Origin: Myxococcota bacterium
GTDB taxonomy: Bacteria > Myxococcota_A > SURF-8
Assembly: GCA_965140415.1 (NCBI GenBank)
Contig: OZ223209.1
Span: 1,344,001 to 1,408,000 of the forward strand
DNA length: 64,000 nt
Reading direction: 5' to 3'
In this document: piece by piece, positions 10,809-20,855 of the stretch
Numbering within the stretch: the stretch's first letter is position 1
How the letters are laid out: each line of letters begins with the position of its first letter
Program-made: the position numbers and the translations under genes
The notes under the pieces: model-generated
Seen by the model: only the letters and a program-made list of their open reading frames with translations
Told to the model about the DNA's origin: nothing
The model's database searches: none

Positions 10809-11192
10809 TCATGCTTCGGAGCCGGATTGTTTAAGCAGGAAACTTTCCACAGCTCGAACCAGTTTTTCCATGCTGAACGGTTTGGCGATATATTTATCGG
10901 CGCCCTGTTTCAATCCCCAGTAGCGGTCGCTTTCTTCTTTCCGTGCGGAAATCATGATGATCGGGATAACCCGGTAACGATCGTCCGACTTGATTGTTCG
11001 ACAGAGCTGGTAGCCGTCCTTGCCCGGCATGACCACATCCAGAATCAGCAGGTCGGGAGTATCCTCATCCATCAGCCGTTCCACTTCAGGACCGTCGCCG
11101 GCTTCAATCGTTTCGAATCCGGCCTTCTGCAATGCATCGGCCATCATGCGCCTTTCCGTAGGTGAATCGTCGGCAATCAAGATTTTTGCCAT
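10809..11192 (-). CDS. Single-domain response regulator (PilH-like)
   Basis: ILIADDSPTE, LDVVMPGKDGYQLCR, DRYWGLKQGA..YIAKP, typical of PilH-type receivers. Confidence 0.9.
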   Translation of the reverse strand: MAKILIADDSPTERRMMADALQKAGFETIEAGDGPEVERLMDEDTPDLLILDVVMPGKDGYQLCRTIKSDDRYRVIPIIMISARKEESDRYWGLKQGADKYIAKPFSMEKLVRAVESFLLKQSGSEA

Positions 11193-11371
11193 GTTTTCCT
11201 TCCCAACTCGCAGACGGATTGTCCACGCCTTTTAATTGAGTTCACGCCCTTGTAATTACTAGCATATTATTGTTTACGAGTCAACATGGCGAATCTACTT
11301 AAAATACAGCATCTTGCCGCTATGATTGGCTGAAAGAGGGGAGTAGGAAAATGCTCACCCTGGCTTTTACC

Positions 11372-11400
11372 TTGCATTTCCATTGGTTTAACCCTATAAA
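11372..11400 (+). promoter_or_regulatory. Putative sigma70 promoter of the UbiA-family gene
   Basis: TTGCAT-N17-TATAAA. Confidence 0.45.
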
Positions 11401-11440
11401 AGTGACCGAACGATGGACCTACTTTAATTGATGGGGACAT

Positions 11441-12322
11441 GTGGATATGCTAGCTGCTCTGCTCAGTTCCATGAGGCCGAAACATTGGGTGAAAAACTTC
11501 ATTATTTTTGCACCCTTGGTGTTTTCGAACAACCTGTTCGTTTTGCAACCGGCGTTGCGTGCGTTGGCGGCTTTCGGGATTTTCTGTTTGTTGGCGGGTT
11601 CCGTATATCTGCTGAACGATCTGTTCGATATCGAGAAGGATCGCCAGCATCCGGTCAAATGCAAGCGCCCGCTGCCGTCCGGCAAGCTTAAACCGCAGAT
11701 CGCGATTGTCGTGCTGATCGCGATGAGCCTGGGTTCATTGGCTGCGGCCTTTACGATTGACCTGCTGTTTTTCTCGTTTGCGCTGGCCTACTTCGTGAAC
11801 AATCTGGCATATTCGACCTATGTGAAGCACATCGTGATTGTCGATGTCATGTCGATCGCCTTTGGCTTTGTGCTTCGGGTGCTGGCCGGTGCGGCGGCAA
11901 TCGACGTGCCCACCACGCCCTGGTTGTTGATGTGCACCGTATTGCTGGCGTTGTTTTTGGGCTTTGCCAAACGCCGTCACGAACTGGTCCTGCTAAACGA
12001 TCATGCGGACTCGCACCGCAAGGTTCTGGTGCACTACACGCCGTATTTCCTGGATCAGATGATCATGATTGTCGCGGCTTCGACGGTCATGAGCTATGCG
12101 CTCTATACGATCTCTCCCGAGACGGTGGCACACTTCGGTACCAAGAACCTGATCTACACCATTCCCTTTGTCCTTTATGGTCTGTTTCGCTACCTTTATC
12201 TGGCGCACCTGAAAGACGAAGGCGGCAGTCCTACCCGCGTGTTGCTGACCGACAAGCCACTGATGTTCAACATTTTCTTGTGGCTGGCCAGTTGCGTGTT
12301 GATCGTTGAAGGTGTGTTGTAA
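11441..12322 (+). CDS. UbiA-family decaprenyl-phosphate phosphoribosyltransferase-like protein
   Basis: RPKHWVKN, NDLFDIEKDRQHPVKCKRP, GFVLRVLAG, FAKRRHEL, GGSPT; multi-TM. Confidence 0.9.
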   Translation: MDMLAALLSSMRPKHWVKNFIIFAPLVFSNNLFVLQPALRALAAFGIFCLLAGSVYLLNDLFDIEKDRQHPVKCKRPLPSGKLKPQIAIVVLIAMSLGSLAAAFTIDLLFFSFALAYFVNNLAYSTYVKHIVIVDVMSIAFGFVLRVLAGAAAIDVPTTPWLLMCTVLLALFLGFAKRRHELVLLNDHADSHRKVLVHYTPYFLDQMIMIVAASTVMSYALYTISPETVAHFGTKNLIYTIPFVLYGLFRYLYLAHLKDEGGSPTRVLLTDKPLMFNIFLWLASCVLIVEGVL

Positions 12323-12329
12323 CAGGTTG

Positions 12330-13889
12330 CTATTGAATCACCTTGAGCGGGCTGATCGGGTTATTTTCATTTGAATTTGCCTGTTCCGATTCGGAATCGG
12401 ATTTTCGAACGTAGACTTTCTGGCTGTCGATGCGGAAACCGTCCTTTTTCTGCCAGCGGATAACCGACATCTGCTGCTCGCTTTTTTTATAGCGTTGCTC
12501 CACTTCCCCACGGCAGAAATCCGGTAAAGCGTTTAAATCTCCCACAATCGTTGAATATTCTTCGCTCAGGATCGGTTCGAGCAATTTCTTCTTGTGCAGT
12601 TTGGCATTGCGTCGGTCGCGCATGAGATCGTCGATCAGGCTCAGGTGAGCCACGTTGTTCTTGTGTAATCGCGAGGTCAAATTCCCACTTTTCATCACCC
12701 AGACTTTCCCTGGCGTATGCTGCAACAGTTGCAGCGATTCTTCCCCGCTGCGGCGCATCTTCTCTGTTGGAATGAAGTTGCCTGGATTGTAGACGAGCAT
12801 GCCGAGTTGAAAGAGAAAAATGAGCAGCAGAAAATGAAGCGGCTGCCACTTGATCGTGGAATCCTCTATTTGTTCTTTCGCCATTCCGATGGCCAGTCCG
12901 GCTCCAATGGCCAGAGCGGCGTGCAGGGGAATCAAGGTGTTTAGCGCTCCGCCGATTTTAATGCGACCAAGAAAGGCCGCTGCGAGCGAAGCGCCGAACA
13001 GAATGAGATAAAACAGGCGCTCTTTGCACGATCCGTCCTTGTTGCCTGCGCAGAAATAGCTGATCGCCAGTACCGTTGCCAAGCCCATCGGCCATAGCCA
13101 GTCCTGTTGCCAGAAGCTTTCCAAGCGACCATGGATCATCCCGTGCCGAGCAGGGACGGTGACTGTGTAATAGAAAAACAGATCGCCGTACATCAGATAC
13201 ATGGTCAGTAGCGAAAGCGCAGCGAAACCGAAAAAGGAGCCGAGCAGCCAGCTCCAGCCGTTTCTGCGCCGCAATATGGCCCAAAGCAACAGCGCTCCCG
13301 CAAAACCCAGTGCCGTCTGTTTTGCGAGAACGGCAAGAACCAGCAGGCCGCCGGCAACGATCTGATCCAAAGGCCGTTTGGCAAAGCGCACCCATACCGC
13401 TGCCCATAATATCAGTGCCATGCACAGCATGTCTACGCGCGCCAGATCCAGCCAGTAGGCGTTGATCGAGTAGGACGCGGCAAAGAGTCCCGCTCCCAGA
13501 ATCCCGGCTCCGTGCTGCCCGGTTTCCCGTTGGATCAGGCGGTAGATCGCGCCGAAACAGGCCAGTGTGGACAGAATACTGATCAGGCGCAAAGGGAGCA
13601 GGCCGACTCCGAAAATCAGGCTCAATACGCCGGAGAGGTAGTAATACAGCGGAGTGTAAGGGAAGGGGATGTATTCCAGTGAAGGTTCGGCGTAGAGGTT
13701 GCGCCCTTCGAGCAGCCAGCGTACCTGATCGACCATGGCTCCTTCGACCCATTCCAGATCGTACGGAAATCCTGCCCGCCAGAGTGCGAGCAAAACGAAT
13801 GCCAGGATAAACCAAACGGCGGCCAACAGGCTTAAAGCGTATAGGGGGGACCACCACGGAATAGAGATCATGCGATGGGGCATGTACAT
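12330..13889 (-). CDS. Polytopic membrane glycosyltransferase (GT-C fold, ArnT/PMT-like)
   Basis: YDLEWVEG, YTPLYY, LARVDM, AKQT motifs; many TM helices. Confidence 0.7.
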   Translation of the reverse strand: MYMPHRMISIPWWSPLYALSLLAAVWFILAFVLLALWRAGFPYDLEWVEGAMVDQVRWLLEGRNLYAEPSLEYIPFPYTPLYYYLSGVLSLIFGVGLLPLRLISILSTLACFGAIYRLIQRETGQHGAGILGAGLFAASYSINAYWLDLARVDMLCMALILWAAVWVRFAKRPLDQIVAGGLLVLAVLAKQTALGFAGALLLWAILRRRNGWSWLLGSFFGFAALSLLTMYLMYGDLFFYYTVTVPARHGMIHGRLESFWQQDWLWPMGLATVLAISYFCAGNKDGSCKERLFYLILFGASLAAAFLGRIKIGGALNTLIPLHAALAIGAGLAIGMAKEQIEDSTIKWQPLHFLLLIFLFQLGMLVYNPGNFIPTEKMRRSGEESLQLLQHTPGKVWVMKSGNLTSRLHKNNVAHLSLIDDLMRDRRNAKLHKKKLLEPILSEEYSTIVGDLNALPDFCRGEVEQRYKKSEQQMSVIRWQKKDGFRIDSQKVYVRKSDSESEQANSNENNPISPLKVIQ

Positions 13890-14131
13890 AACCCTTTGCG
13901 TTTACGATGATCTTTGTCCGTAGCGTGTTTGTATATTACTCAGGAACTAGTCACATTGCAAGCATAAAATTCACTTAATTGGAGTAAAAAATAGCGATTG
14001 TTTTTTTGTAAGAATTGCTTTCTGTTTTTGCTTGATTGGGCAAAGTCCGAATGTCACGGATGCAAGTGCAAGAGTCGTTGCAGGCAGGTCTATGCAACGT
14101 CTCCTAGAGTTTCATGTTGTCTCACGCTGTT

Positions 14132-14725
14132 TTAGAAGTTGAACTGCAACCCGCCCATGCCATGCACCATGTGGAGGCCGCCGCCCTGATCGCCGTCGAC
14201 CAGATACTTGTATTGTCCCATCAACAGCAGATCCAGGTTGGAGATTACGCGGTAGGAAAACCCGAACGAGCCACCGGCATGAAACTGCACCTGGTCGTCT
14301 TCGATGAAATGACCGTTGGATACGCCCATCAGCGCGGCGATAAAGATTTTCCAGCCCGGCAGCGGAATGACGAACTTGAAGTTGATCGAAATATCGGTGA
14401 TACCCGCATTGTCGGGCGGTTCGGCGTCGCTGTCCCAGGCGGACTTATTATCCCCGCCTTTGTAATCCAGCCGGTAGAGAATTGTCTGGGGCGAGATGTG
14501 AAAAGTGCTGATGACCGGAATGTCCACGTAAAACCCGTAGGATTCCGTGATTTTGTAGTTGTACTTGTTTTTAAAGGGGAACATGGCTCCGGCGATGACG
14601 CCCAAACCCACCTGTCGATTGCCCGGTCCGATGCCGCCGTCTTCTTCCTGTGCCTGAGCCAAAGGCAACGAAAGCATAAACACAAACACTACGATCGCCA
14701 CCCGGATCAGCATGGTCCGCATCAT
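14132..14725 (-). CDS. Outer-membrane beta-barrel protein (about 8 strands)
   Basis: Signal peptide (AQA), amphipathic strands, C-terminal GLQFNF. Confidence 0.7.
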   Translation of the reverse strand: MMRTMLIRVAIVVFVFMLSLPLAQAQEEDGGIGPGNRQVGLGVIAGAMFPFKNKYNYKITESYGFYVDIPVISTFHISPQTILYRLDYKGGDNKSAWDSDAEPPDNAGITDISINFKFVIPLPGWKIFIAALMGVSNGHFIEDDQVQFHAGGSFGFSYRVISNLDLLLMGQYKYLVDGDQGGGLHMVHGMGGLQFNF

Positions 14726-14758
14726 CCACCTCTTCGTTTTGACGCCACCGGTCTAGAA

Positions 14759-16075
14759 CTATTGAAGCTTACAGACTTTTTCGTTAGACAACGATAGCGG
14801 AACGTTGTAGCAGTAATAGCCTGCGGGACATTCACTATCGTCTACACAGTGTATTGTACAATAGCTGACCATATCTGTCAATTCGAGGAAATAGAAGCAG
14901 ACGGCATCGTCGATTATGAGATCGGCTCTGTCCGAGCCGCATTGCGCTTCGTTATCCGGTATGCGCCAGGAGCAGGGGGCGCCCATATCCAGCATACCGC
15001 CGCAGGTGGCATACAATTCCAGGTTGTCGTTGTCCGGATGTCCTTCCGGTTTTTTTCCGTACTTGGGAACGCATTGAAAGCCGGTGGCGTTGTTGCCGAG
15101 GTTGCGCTGCTTGCAGTGATACCCGCGCTCGCAATCCTCATCGGTGGTGCAGTTGGGGGCGCAGGCATACTCGATAACACCCTCCGGTCCCTGGAACTCC
15201 ACGCATCCGGCATCGGGACCGCAGGCGAAGTTGTCCATGGGGTTACAGGACTGGCAGGTGTTGGTGTCCGCCAGGCGCTGAACCGCCACCACGAATTCTC
15301 CCGCGCCTTGGGGAGAGTCCGTCTGGAAAATGGAATCGATCACCAGATAATAGGTCTTTCCGGTATCGGAGTGGAATTGGAACACATCCTGCTCGTTGGC
15401 GCGCCCGCTGTCGTCGCCTGCCAGGCAGTTGGGAAGAGGATCGCTGCAATCCGGCAGCAGATACACCGCCGGGTTGAAGTTCGAAGTGATCGGCACGACC
15501 GTGATTTTGACGTCGTCGCCCGCTTGCAGATCCAGCGAATAGACCACATCCCGGCCTGCGAACGGTGTGCTCATGCAGTCACCGGCGTCGAAATCGTTGC
15601 TGGCGGCGAAGGTGTAGCCGGATGTCGGAATGTCCAGTGGTATCGGAATCACGGTGTCGCAGGCATTTCCAGCGGGGACTTCATACTCGATTTCCGGCTC
15701 GCTTTCGATTTCCGGTTCCGATTCTTCATCAAGGTCGCCATCTGAACTGTCTACTTGTTCCACGGTATCCAGATCGCCGTCCGTGCTTTTGTCGGAGTCT
15801 AAATCGGCAGGGATTACATCGCTTTCCGTCTCATTTTCCTCAGAATCGACAGCATCTTGATCGCCTGTCTGCTCGGAATCGAGATCCGCATCGCCGTCGG
15901 GGATCGTATCCCCCGCGACGCATTCTCCCTGCCAGCATACCTGATTGCTCGTGCAATCCGCATCCTGTTTGCACTCGCCGGAAGAAAGGCTGGAGCTTTC
16001 GCAGCCAAGCAGCAGTCCGAGAACGAAAGACAATGAAATCATTGACAAAAGAAACTGTAAGCGCATCGATTGCAT
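14759..16075 (-). CDS. Cys-rich lipoprotein with acidic DGD linker and PPC-like beta-sandwich domain
   Basis: Lipobox LLGC, CKQDADC..VC..GEC Cys module, DVVY...YYLVID PPC-like motif; start set at ATG 16075. Confidence 0.75.
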   Translation of the reverse strand: MQSMRLQFLLSMISLSFVLGLLLGCESSSLSSGECKQDADCTSNQVCWQGECVAGDTIPDGDADLDSEQTGDQDAVDSEENETESDVIPADLDSDKSTDGDLDTVEQVDSSDGDLDEESEPEIESEPEIEYEVPAGNACDTVIPIPLDIPTSGYTFAASNDFDAGDCMSTPFAGRDVVYSLDLQAGDDVKITVVPITSNFNPAVYLLPDCSDPLPNCLAGDDSGRANEQDVFQFHSDTGKTYYLVIDSIFQTDSPQGAGEFVVAVQRLADTNTCQSCNPMDNFACGPDAGCVEFQGPEGVIEYACAPNCTTDEDCERGYHCKQRNLGNNATGFQCVPKYGKKPEGHPDNDNLELYATCGGMLDMGAPCSWRIPDNEAQCGSDRADLIIDDAVCFYFLELTDMVSYCTIHCVDDSECPAGYYCYNVPLSLSNEKVCKLQ

Positions 16076-16296
16076 GGTACATCCCTTTCCATGTGCCTGT
16101 GTGATCCAAAATATACTCGAATCGGCAACGCGAGTAAAGCTTGAAATGTCAGTGAGATTCATGAATCCGGCCAGATGTGAAGATTTGTCCTGTTCGCACT
16201 CGCTTGAATGGGAGTCGGAAAACCGAATCGAACCCGGAGGCTTTCCAAACGAGGTTCGTTCAGGCTAACTCTTTGAAAAAGCATAGAAAGTGTTAC

Positions 16297-16325
16297 TTGA
16301 CAATCCCCCGTTTTCGCGGTACTGT
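16297..16325 (+). promoter_or_regulatory. Putative sigma70 promoter of the nuo cluster
   Basis: TTGACA-N17-TACTGT. Confidence 0.6.
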
Positions 16326-16430
16326 CGCTATCCAATATGGCTCACTGCGAATGGGTCATCTATCCCAACCCCGCAGAAAAGCGGATGATCAGGCGTCAGG
16401 TATAACCATATCCATAAGGGAGAGTGATAG

Positions 16431-16787
16431 GTGTCTACCGAGTATATGCCCGTTCTCATCATGCTGGTCGTGGCCTTTGGCGTAGGCGGAGCCGCCTGGC
16501 TGGTCGCTACGATCTTCGGTCCCAACCACAAGTCGCCCGTCAAGGATGCGCCGTTCGAATGCGGCAATCCCTCCTACGGAACCCAGGGAAAACGCTTCAG
16601 TATCAAGTTTTTCATCGTGGCGATTCTATTCCTGGTGTTCGATCTGGAGATTGTGTTCATCTACCCCTGGAGCGTATTGATGCGCCAGCTGGGTCTGTAT
16701 GGGCTTCTGATCATGCTGCCATTCATCACGGTGCTGGTTGTCGGCCTGGTGTATGAATGGAAAAAAGGAGCACTCGAATGGGAATAG
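16431..16787 (+). CDS. nuoA: NADH-quinone oxidoreductase subunit A
   Basis: PFECG, FLVFDLEIVFIYPW, YEWKKGALEW. Confidence 0.97.
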   Translation: MSTEYMPVLIMLVVAFGVGGAAWLVATIFGPNHKSPVKDAPFECGNPSYGTQGKRFSIKFFIVAILFLVFDLEIVFIYPWSVLMRQLGLYGLLIMLPFITVLVVGLVYEWKKGALEWE

Positions 16788-17293
16788 AAAAAGCGCTCGC
16801 CGGAAAAGAGGGCTTTGTCACCACCACGGCTGAAGCCGTGCTTGGCTGGTCGCGCAAGTTCTCGCTCTTTCAGTATCCGTTCGTCACGGCCTGCTGTGGC
16901 ATGGAATACATGTCGGTCATGAATTCGCACTATGACCTGGCGCGTTTCGGGGCCGAAATCCCGCGCTTTACGCCGCGTCAGAGCGACGTGCTGTTCGTGG
17001 TCGGCACCGTCAACCACAAAATGGCACCGGTTCTTCGACGGGTCTACGACCAGATGGCCGAGCCGCGCTGGGTGATCGCTTTCGGTGCTTGCGCCTCGAC
17101 CGGCGGTGTGTACGACAACTACGCGGCGGTGCCTGGAATCGATCATATCGTTCCGGTGGATATCTACATCGCCGGTTGCCCTCCGCGTCCCGAGTCGGTG
17201 ATGAAGGGCCTGATGAAGTTGCAGGAAAAAATCGCCAAACGCAAATTGACCGACGACTACCCGGAAGTCCTGTCGGCGTCTACGGAGGAATAG
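16778..17293 (+). CDS. nuoB: NADH-quinone oxidoreductase subunit B
   Basis: TACCGMEY, PRQSD, FGACASTGG, GCPPRPE; start ATG 16778 overlapping nuoA. Confidence 0.97.
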   Translation: MGIEKALAGKEGFVTTTAEAVLGWSRKFSLFQYPFVTACCGMEYMSVMNSHYDLARFGAEIPRFTPRQSDVLFVVGTVNHKMAPVLRRVYDQMAEPRWVIAFGACASTGGVYDNYAAVPGIDHIVPVDIYIAGCPPRPESVMKGLMKLQEKIAKRKLTDDYPEVLSASTEE

Positions 17294-17298
17294 GCCAG

Positions 17299-17850
17299 AT
17301 GCTGGACAAAGTCGTAGCGGCGCTTGAAAAGGCAGCCAAAGACGCGGTGTTGGAGCAGATTCCGGTGGCGGAGGACGATCGCCTGATCGTCGATGCCAAG
17401 CAGATCAAGACAATCTGCAAAGCCTTGAAAACGGACGCCGGGCTTGCTTTCGATTTGTTGGTGGAGTTGACTTGCGTGGATTATCTGGGTGAAGAACCGC
17501 GCTTCGAAATGATCTACCAGCTTTATTCGATGAAGAACAATTACCGCCTGCGCTTGAAGGCGCGTCTGCCTGAAGGCGAGGAAATCGATACGGTCAGCGA
17601 TGTCTGGCGGGTGGCCAATCCGCTGGAGCGCGAAGTCTGGGATATGTTCGGTGTGCGTTTCACGGGCCATCCCAACCTGAAGCGTTTGCTGATGTACGAA
17701 GAATTCGAGGGGCATCCGTTGCGCAAGGATTATCCGCTGAAAAAGCACCAGCCGATCATTCCGCTGATCAAGCCGATCGAAGTGCAGGACGATCCCCCTT
17801 ACATGTGGACAGAGGCGAACCGGCAGAGCCGACTCGCGGATGAGGATTGA
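17299..17850 (+). CDS. nuoC: NADH-quinone oxidoreductase subunit C
   Basis: EREVWDMFGVRFTGHPNLKRLL...GHPLRKDYP; start ATG 17299 after GGAGG. Confidence 0.95.
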   Translation: MLDKVVAALEKAAKDAVLEQIPVAEDDRLIVDAKQIKTICKALKTDAGLAFDLLVELTCVDYLGEEPRFEMIYQLYSMKNNYRLRLKARLPEGEEIDTVSDVWRVANPLEREVWDMFGVRFTGHPNLKRLLMYEEFEGHPLRKDYPLKKHQPIIPLIKPIEVQDDPPYMWTEANRQSRLADED

Positions 17851-17894
17851 TACCCCGTAGACCATCGGGTTCCCTAACAGACTGAGGGTAACAC

Positions 17895-19100
17895 ATGAGC
17901 GATATCAAGAAGGATCCGGAAGTCAAAAAGCTGCCGTTCGATGTCATGGACATCCAGATCGGACCGTCACACCCGGCGATGCATGGAATCGTCAAATTCC
18001 AGACCAAGCTTTCCGGCGAAACGATCCTGGATATGGATGTTGAAATCGGCTATCTGCATCGCGCGTTTGAAAAGATGTGCGAGCATCGCAACTGGAATCA
18101 GAACATCGTGTTCACCGACCGGTTGAATTACTGCTCGGCACCGGCCAATAACGCGGCCTACGTTTCGGCGGTGGAGAAGCTCTGCGATTTCGAAATTCCC
18201 GAGCGCGCCAAGTGGGTCCGGCTGATCGTCACCGAAATCGCGCGCATCACCGACCATCTGGTGTGTACCGGCGCGACCATTATGGAATTGGGCGGTTTCA
18301 GCGCATACATGTATTTGGTGCAGGCTCGTGAAGAATGGTGGTTCATTCTCGACAAGCTCTGCGGGTCGCGTTTGACGACCAGCATGTCGCGCGTCGGCGG
18401 GCAGGCTTACGATTTGTACGATGGCTTCGAAGAAGACGTGGAAAAGGTGATCGCCTTCACACGCGAGAAAATGGACGAAGCCCATGTCATGCTTACGCGC
18501 AACCGGATTTTCTACGACCGCATGCGCGATACCGGCGTGATCACCAAAGAAGACGCCATCGACCTGGGTATTACCGGTCCCTTGTTGCGCAGCACCGGGT
18601 GCGACTATGACGTGCGCAAGGCCAAGCCGCACTGGACCTACGATCAGGTCGAGTTCGACGTGCCCACCGGTACCCATGGCGACAACTACGACCGCTTCCT
18701 GATCCGTTTCGAAGAGGCGGAACAGTCGATGCGGATTCTGGAACAGGCCATGAACAAGATCCCCGAAGGGGAAGTCTTCGTGCAGGACGACAAATTCTTC
18801 CTGCCGCACAAGGCCAAAACCTACAATCACATCGAAGGACTGATTCATCACTTCAAGGTGATCATGAACGGTCCTCCGGTTCCCAAGGGCGAAGCCTACT
18901 TCGCCATCGAATCGCCAAACGGAGAACACGGTTATTACGTCGTATCCGACGGCACCGGCACTCCCTATCGCGTGCGGGCGCGTCCTACCTGCCTGCCAGC
19001 GACCATGGCGATGCCCTTTATCTGCAAAGGCGGCATGGTGGCCGACATCATCCCGACCTTTGGATCCATTAACATGATCGGCGGCGAGTTGGAGCGATAA
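17895..19100 (+). CDS. nuoD: NADH-quinone oxidoreductase subunit D
   Basis: GPSHPAMHG, GYLHRAFEK, DRLNY, ESPNGE, GELER. Confidence 0.97.
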   Translation: MSDIKKDPEVKKLPFDVMDIQIGPSHPAMHGIVKFQTKLSGETILDMDVEIGYLHRAFEKMCEHRNWNQNIVFTDRLNYCSAPANNAAYVSAVEKLCDFEIPERAKWVRLIVTEIARITDHLVCTGATIMELGGFSAYMYLVQAREEWWFILDKLCGSRLTTSMSRVGGQAYDLYDGFEEDVEKVIAFTREKMDEAHVMLTRNRIFYDRMRDTGVITKEDAIDLGITGPLLRSTGCDYDVRKAKPHWTYDQVEFDVPTGTHGDNYDRFLIRFEEAEQSMRILEQAMNKIPEGEVFVQDDKFFLPHKAKTYNHIEGLIHHFKVIMNGPPVPKGEAYFAIESPNGEHGYYVVSDGTGTPYRVRARPTCLPATMAMPFICKGGMVADIIPTFGSINMIGGELER

Positions 19101-19103
19101 GGC

Positions 19104-20201
19104 ATGGAACCTATCTGGCAAGTGGTAGCGGCATTGGTCAAGATCGGCGTGATTTTCGCTTTTGCCATGACGATTGCGGCCATTCTGACCTGGCAGGAAC
19201 GCAAGGAATCGGCGGCCATTCAGGACCGCATCGGTCCCAACCGGGCGCAAATTCCGGGTATCCCCTTTAAATTGTGGGGCTTATTGCACCTGGCGGCGGA
19301 CGGCGTCAAGATGATCTTCAAAGAAGACTTCACTCCGGCCAATGCGAACAAATTCCTGTTCCAGATCGCTCCGGTGATCGCCATCGTCCCGCTGATCTTC
19401 GCCCTGGCGGTGATTCCCTTCGGCGGCACGGTTACGATGTTCGGTTATCCGATCGAAATGCAGATCGCCAACGTCAATGCGGGTATCCTGTTCATCTTCG
19501 CATTCGGAGCGCTTTCCGTATACAGCTCCGTACTGGGCGGCTTCGCTTCGGATAACAAGTTCGGTCTGATCGGCGCGATCCGTACCAGCGCCCAGATGAT
19601 CTCTTACGAAATTACCCAGGGGTTGACCCTGGTCGGTATTTTCATGATCTTCCAAACGGTCATGTTAAACGAAATCGTAGCGTCTCAGGCCGGATCGCTG
19701 CTCCATTGGGGCGTGGTTGTACAGCCGATCGGCTTTTTGCTGTTTTTGGCGGCGGCCATTGCCGAAACCAAGCGGGCTCCCTTCGATCTGCCCGAGGGTG
19801 AAAGCGAGATCATCGGGTATTTCGTGGAGTATTCCGGCTTGAAATTCGGCTTGTTTTTTATTGGCGAATTTATGGAAGTTGTCATCGCGGGCATGCTGAT
19901 CACTGTGTTATTCTTCGGTGGACATCACATCCCGTGGCTGGACTGGGCGGTGGTGGAAAACTGGCTGAATGCCGTAGTCGGCACCAGCTGGCTGCCGGGA
20001 TTGATCGTGGCGTTATTGATGTTCGCGGTTTTCGCGGTCAAGGTGCTCTTTTTCTGCTTCTTCCAATTGCTGGTGCGCTGGACGCTGCCGCGTTTCCGCT
20101 ACGATCAGCTCATGGCGTTCGGCTGGAAGATGCTGCTGCCGCTCTCATTGGCCAACATGGTCGTAACGGCCATCATCCTGGTTATTTACGATCTGGCCTA
20201 A
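19104..20201 (+). CDS. nuoH: NADH-quinone oxidoreductase subunit H
   Basis: QDRIGPNR, AQMISYE, AETKRAPFDLPEGESE, LPRFRYDQL. Confidence 0.97.
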   Translation: MEPIWQVVAALVKIGVIFAFAMTIAAILTWQERKESAAIQDRIGPNRAQIPGIPFKLWGLLHLAADGVKMIFKEDFTPANANKFLFQIAPVIAIVPLIFALAVIPFGGTVTMFGYPIEMQIANVNAGILFIFAFGALSVYSSVLGGFASDNKFGLIGAIRTSAQMISYEITQGLTLVGIFMIFQTVMLNEIVASQAGSLLHWGVVVQPIGFLLFLAAAIAETKRAPFDLPEGESEIIGYFVEYSGLKFGLFFIGEFMEVVIAGMLITVLFFGGHHIPWLDWAVVENWLNAVVGTSWLPGLIVALLMFAVFAVKVLFFCFFQLLVRWTLPRFRYDQLMAFGWKMLLPLSLANMVVTAIILVIYDLA

Positions 20202-20211
20202 GGAGGAATCG

Positions 20212-20814
20212 ATGGCCTTCAAATACATGAATCACAACCACGAGCTGACTTTTTTAGAAAAGATCTATTATCCAGAGATCGCCAAGGGGCTTGCGGTTAC
20301 GTTCAAGCATTTCGTGCGCAACTGGATCGGCAAGCGTGATGTCGTCACGGCGCAATATCCCGAAGAGAGCTTCCCGCTTTCCTATCGGGCGCGCGGGCGT
20401 CATTATCTGACCAAGCGTTCCGACGGGCGACTGGCTTGTGTGGCTTGCATGATGTGCGCCATGGCCTGCCCGGCCAACGTCATCAAAATCGAAATCGGTG
20501 AAATGAAGAAACCCTTCTACACCGACCGTCAGAAGATCGACCGCTATCCCAAGTCCTTTACCATCGATCAACTGACTTGTATTTACTGCGGAATGTGCGT
20601 GGAAGCCTGTCCGGAAGACGCGATTCGCATGGACAGCGGCCAAACGATGATGGCGGTGTACGACCGCAAAGATGCAATGATGACCATCGATTTGCTCTCG
20701 GAGGAGCCCAAGCCGGAAGCGGAGAAAATCTTCAATCCGTTGCCGGGGCAGGAACCCGTCCCCGCTCCGCACGAGATTTTGAATCCCAAACCGTTCAAAG
20801 AACGGGAGTATTAA
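20212..20814 (+). CDS. nuoI: NADH-quinone oxidoreductase subunit I
   Basis: Two CxxCxxCxxxCP motifs; YPEE..RGRH. Confidence 0.95.
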   Translation: MAFKYMNHNHELTFLEKIYYPEIAKGLAVTFKHFVRNWIGKRDVVTAQYPEESFPLSYRARGRHYLTKRSDGRLACVACMMCAMACPANVIKIEIGEMKKPFYTDRQKIDRYPKSFTIDQLTCIYCGMCVEACPEDAIRMDSGQTMMAVYDRKDAMMTIDLLSEEPKPEAEKIFNPLPGQEPVPAPHEILNPKPFKEREY

Positions 20815-20855
20815 GCCGAAATTTCGATCGATTTCGACTCGAAGGGACACCCATT

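Noticed and set aside
17895-19100. Group 4 [NiFe]-hydrogenase large subunit
   Set aside because: No N- and C-terminal CxxC Ni-binding motifs; NuoD motifs are present
17967-19250. 427-aa antisense ORF over nuoD, and similar long shadow ORFs (4585-5460, 14849-15745, 22732-23574, 44505-45314)
   Set aside because: Antisense shadows of well-supported genes in GC-rich DNA; no recognisable motifs
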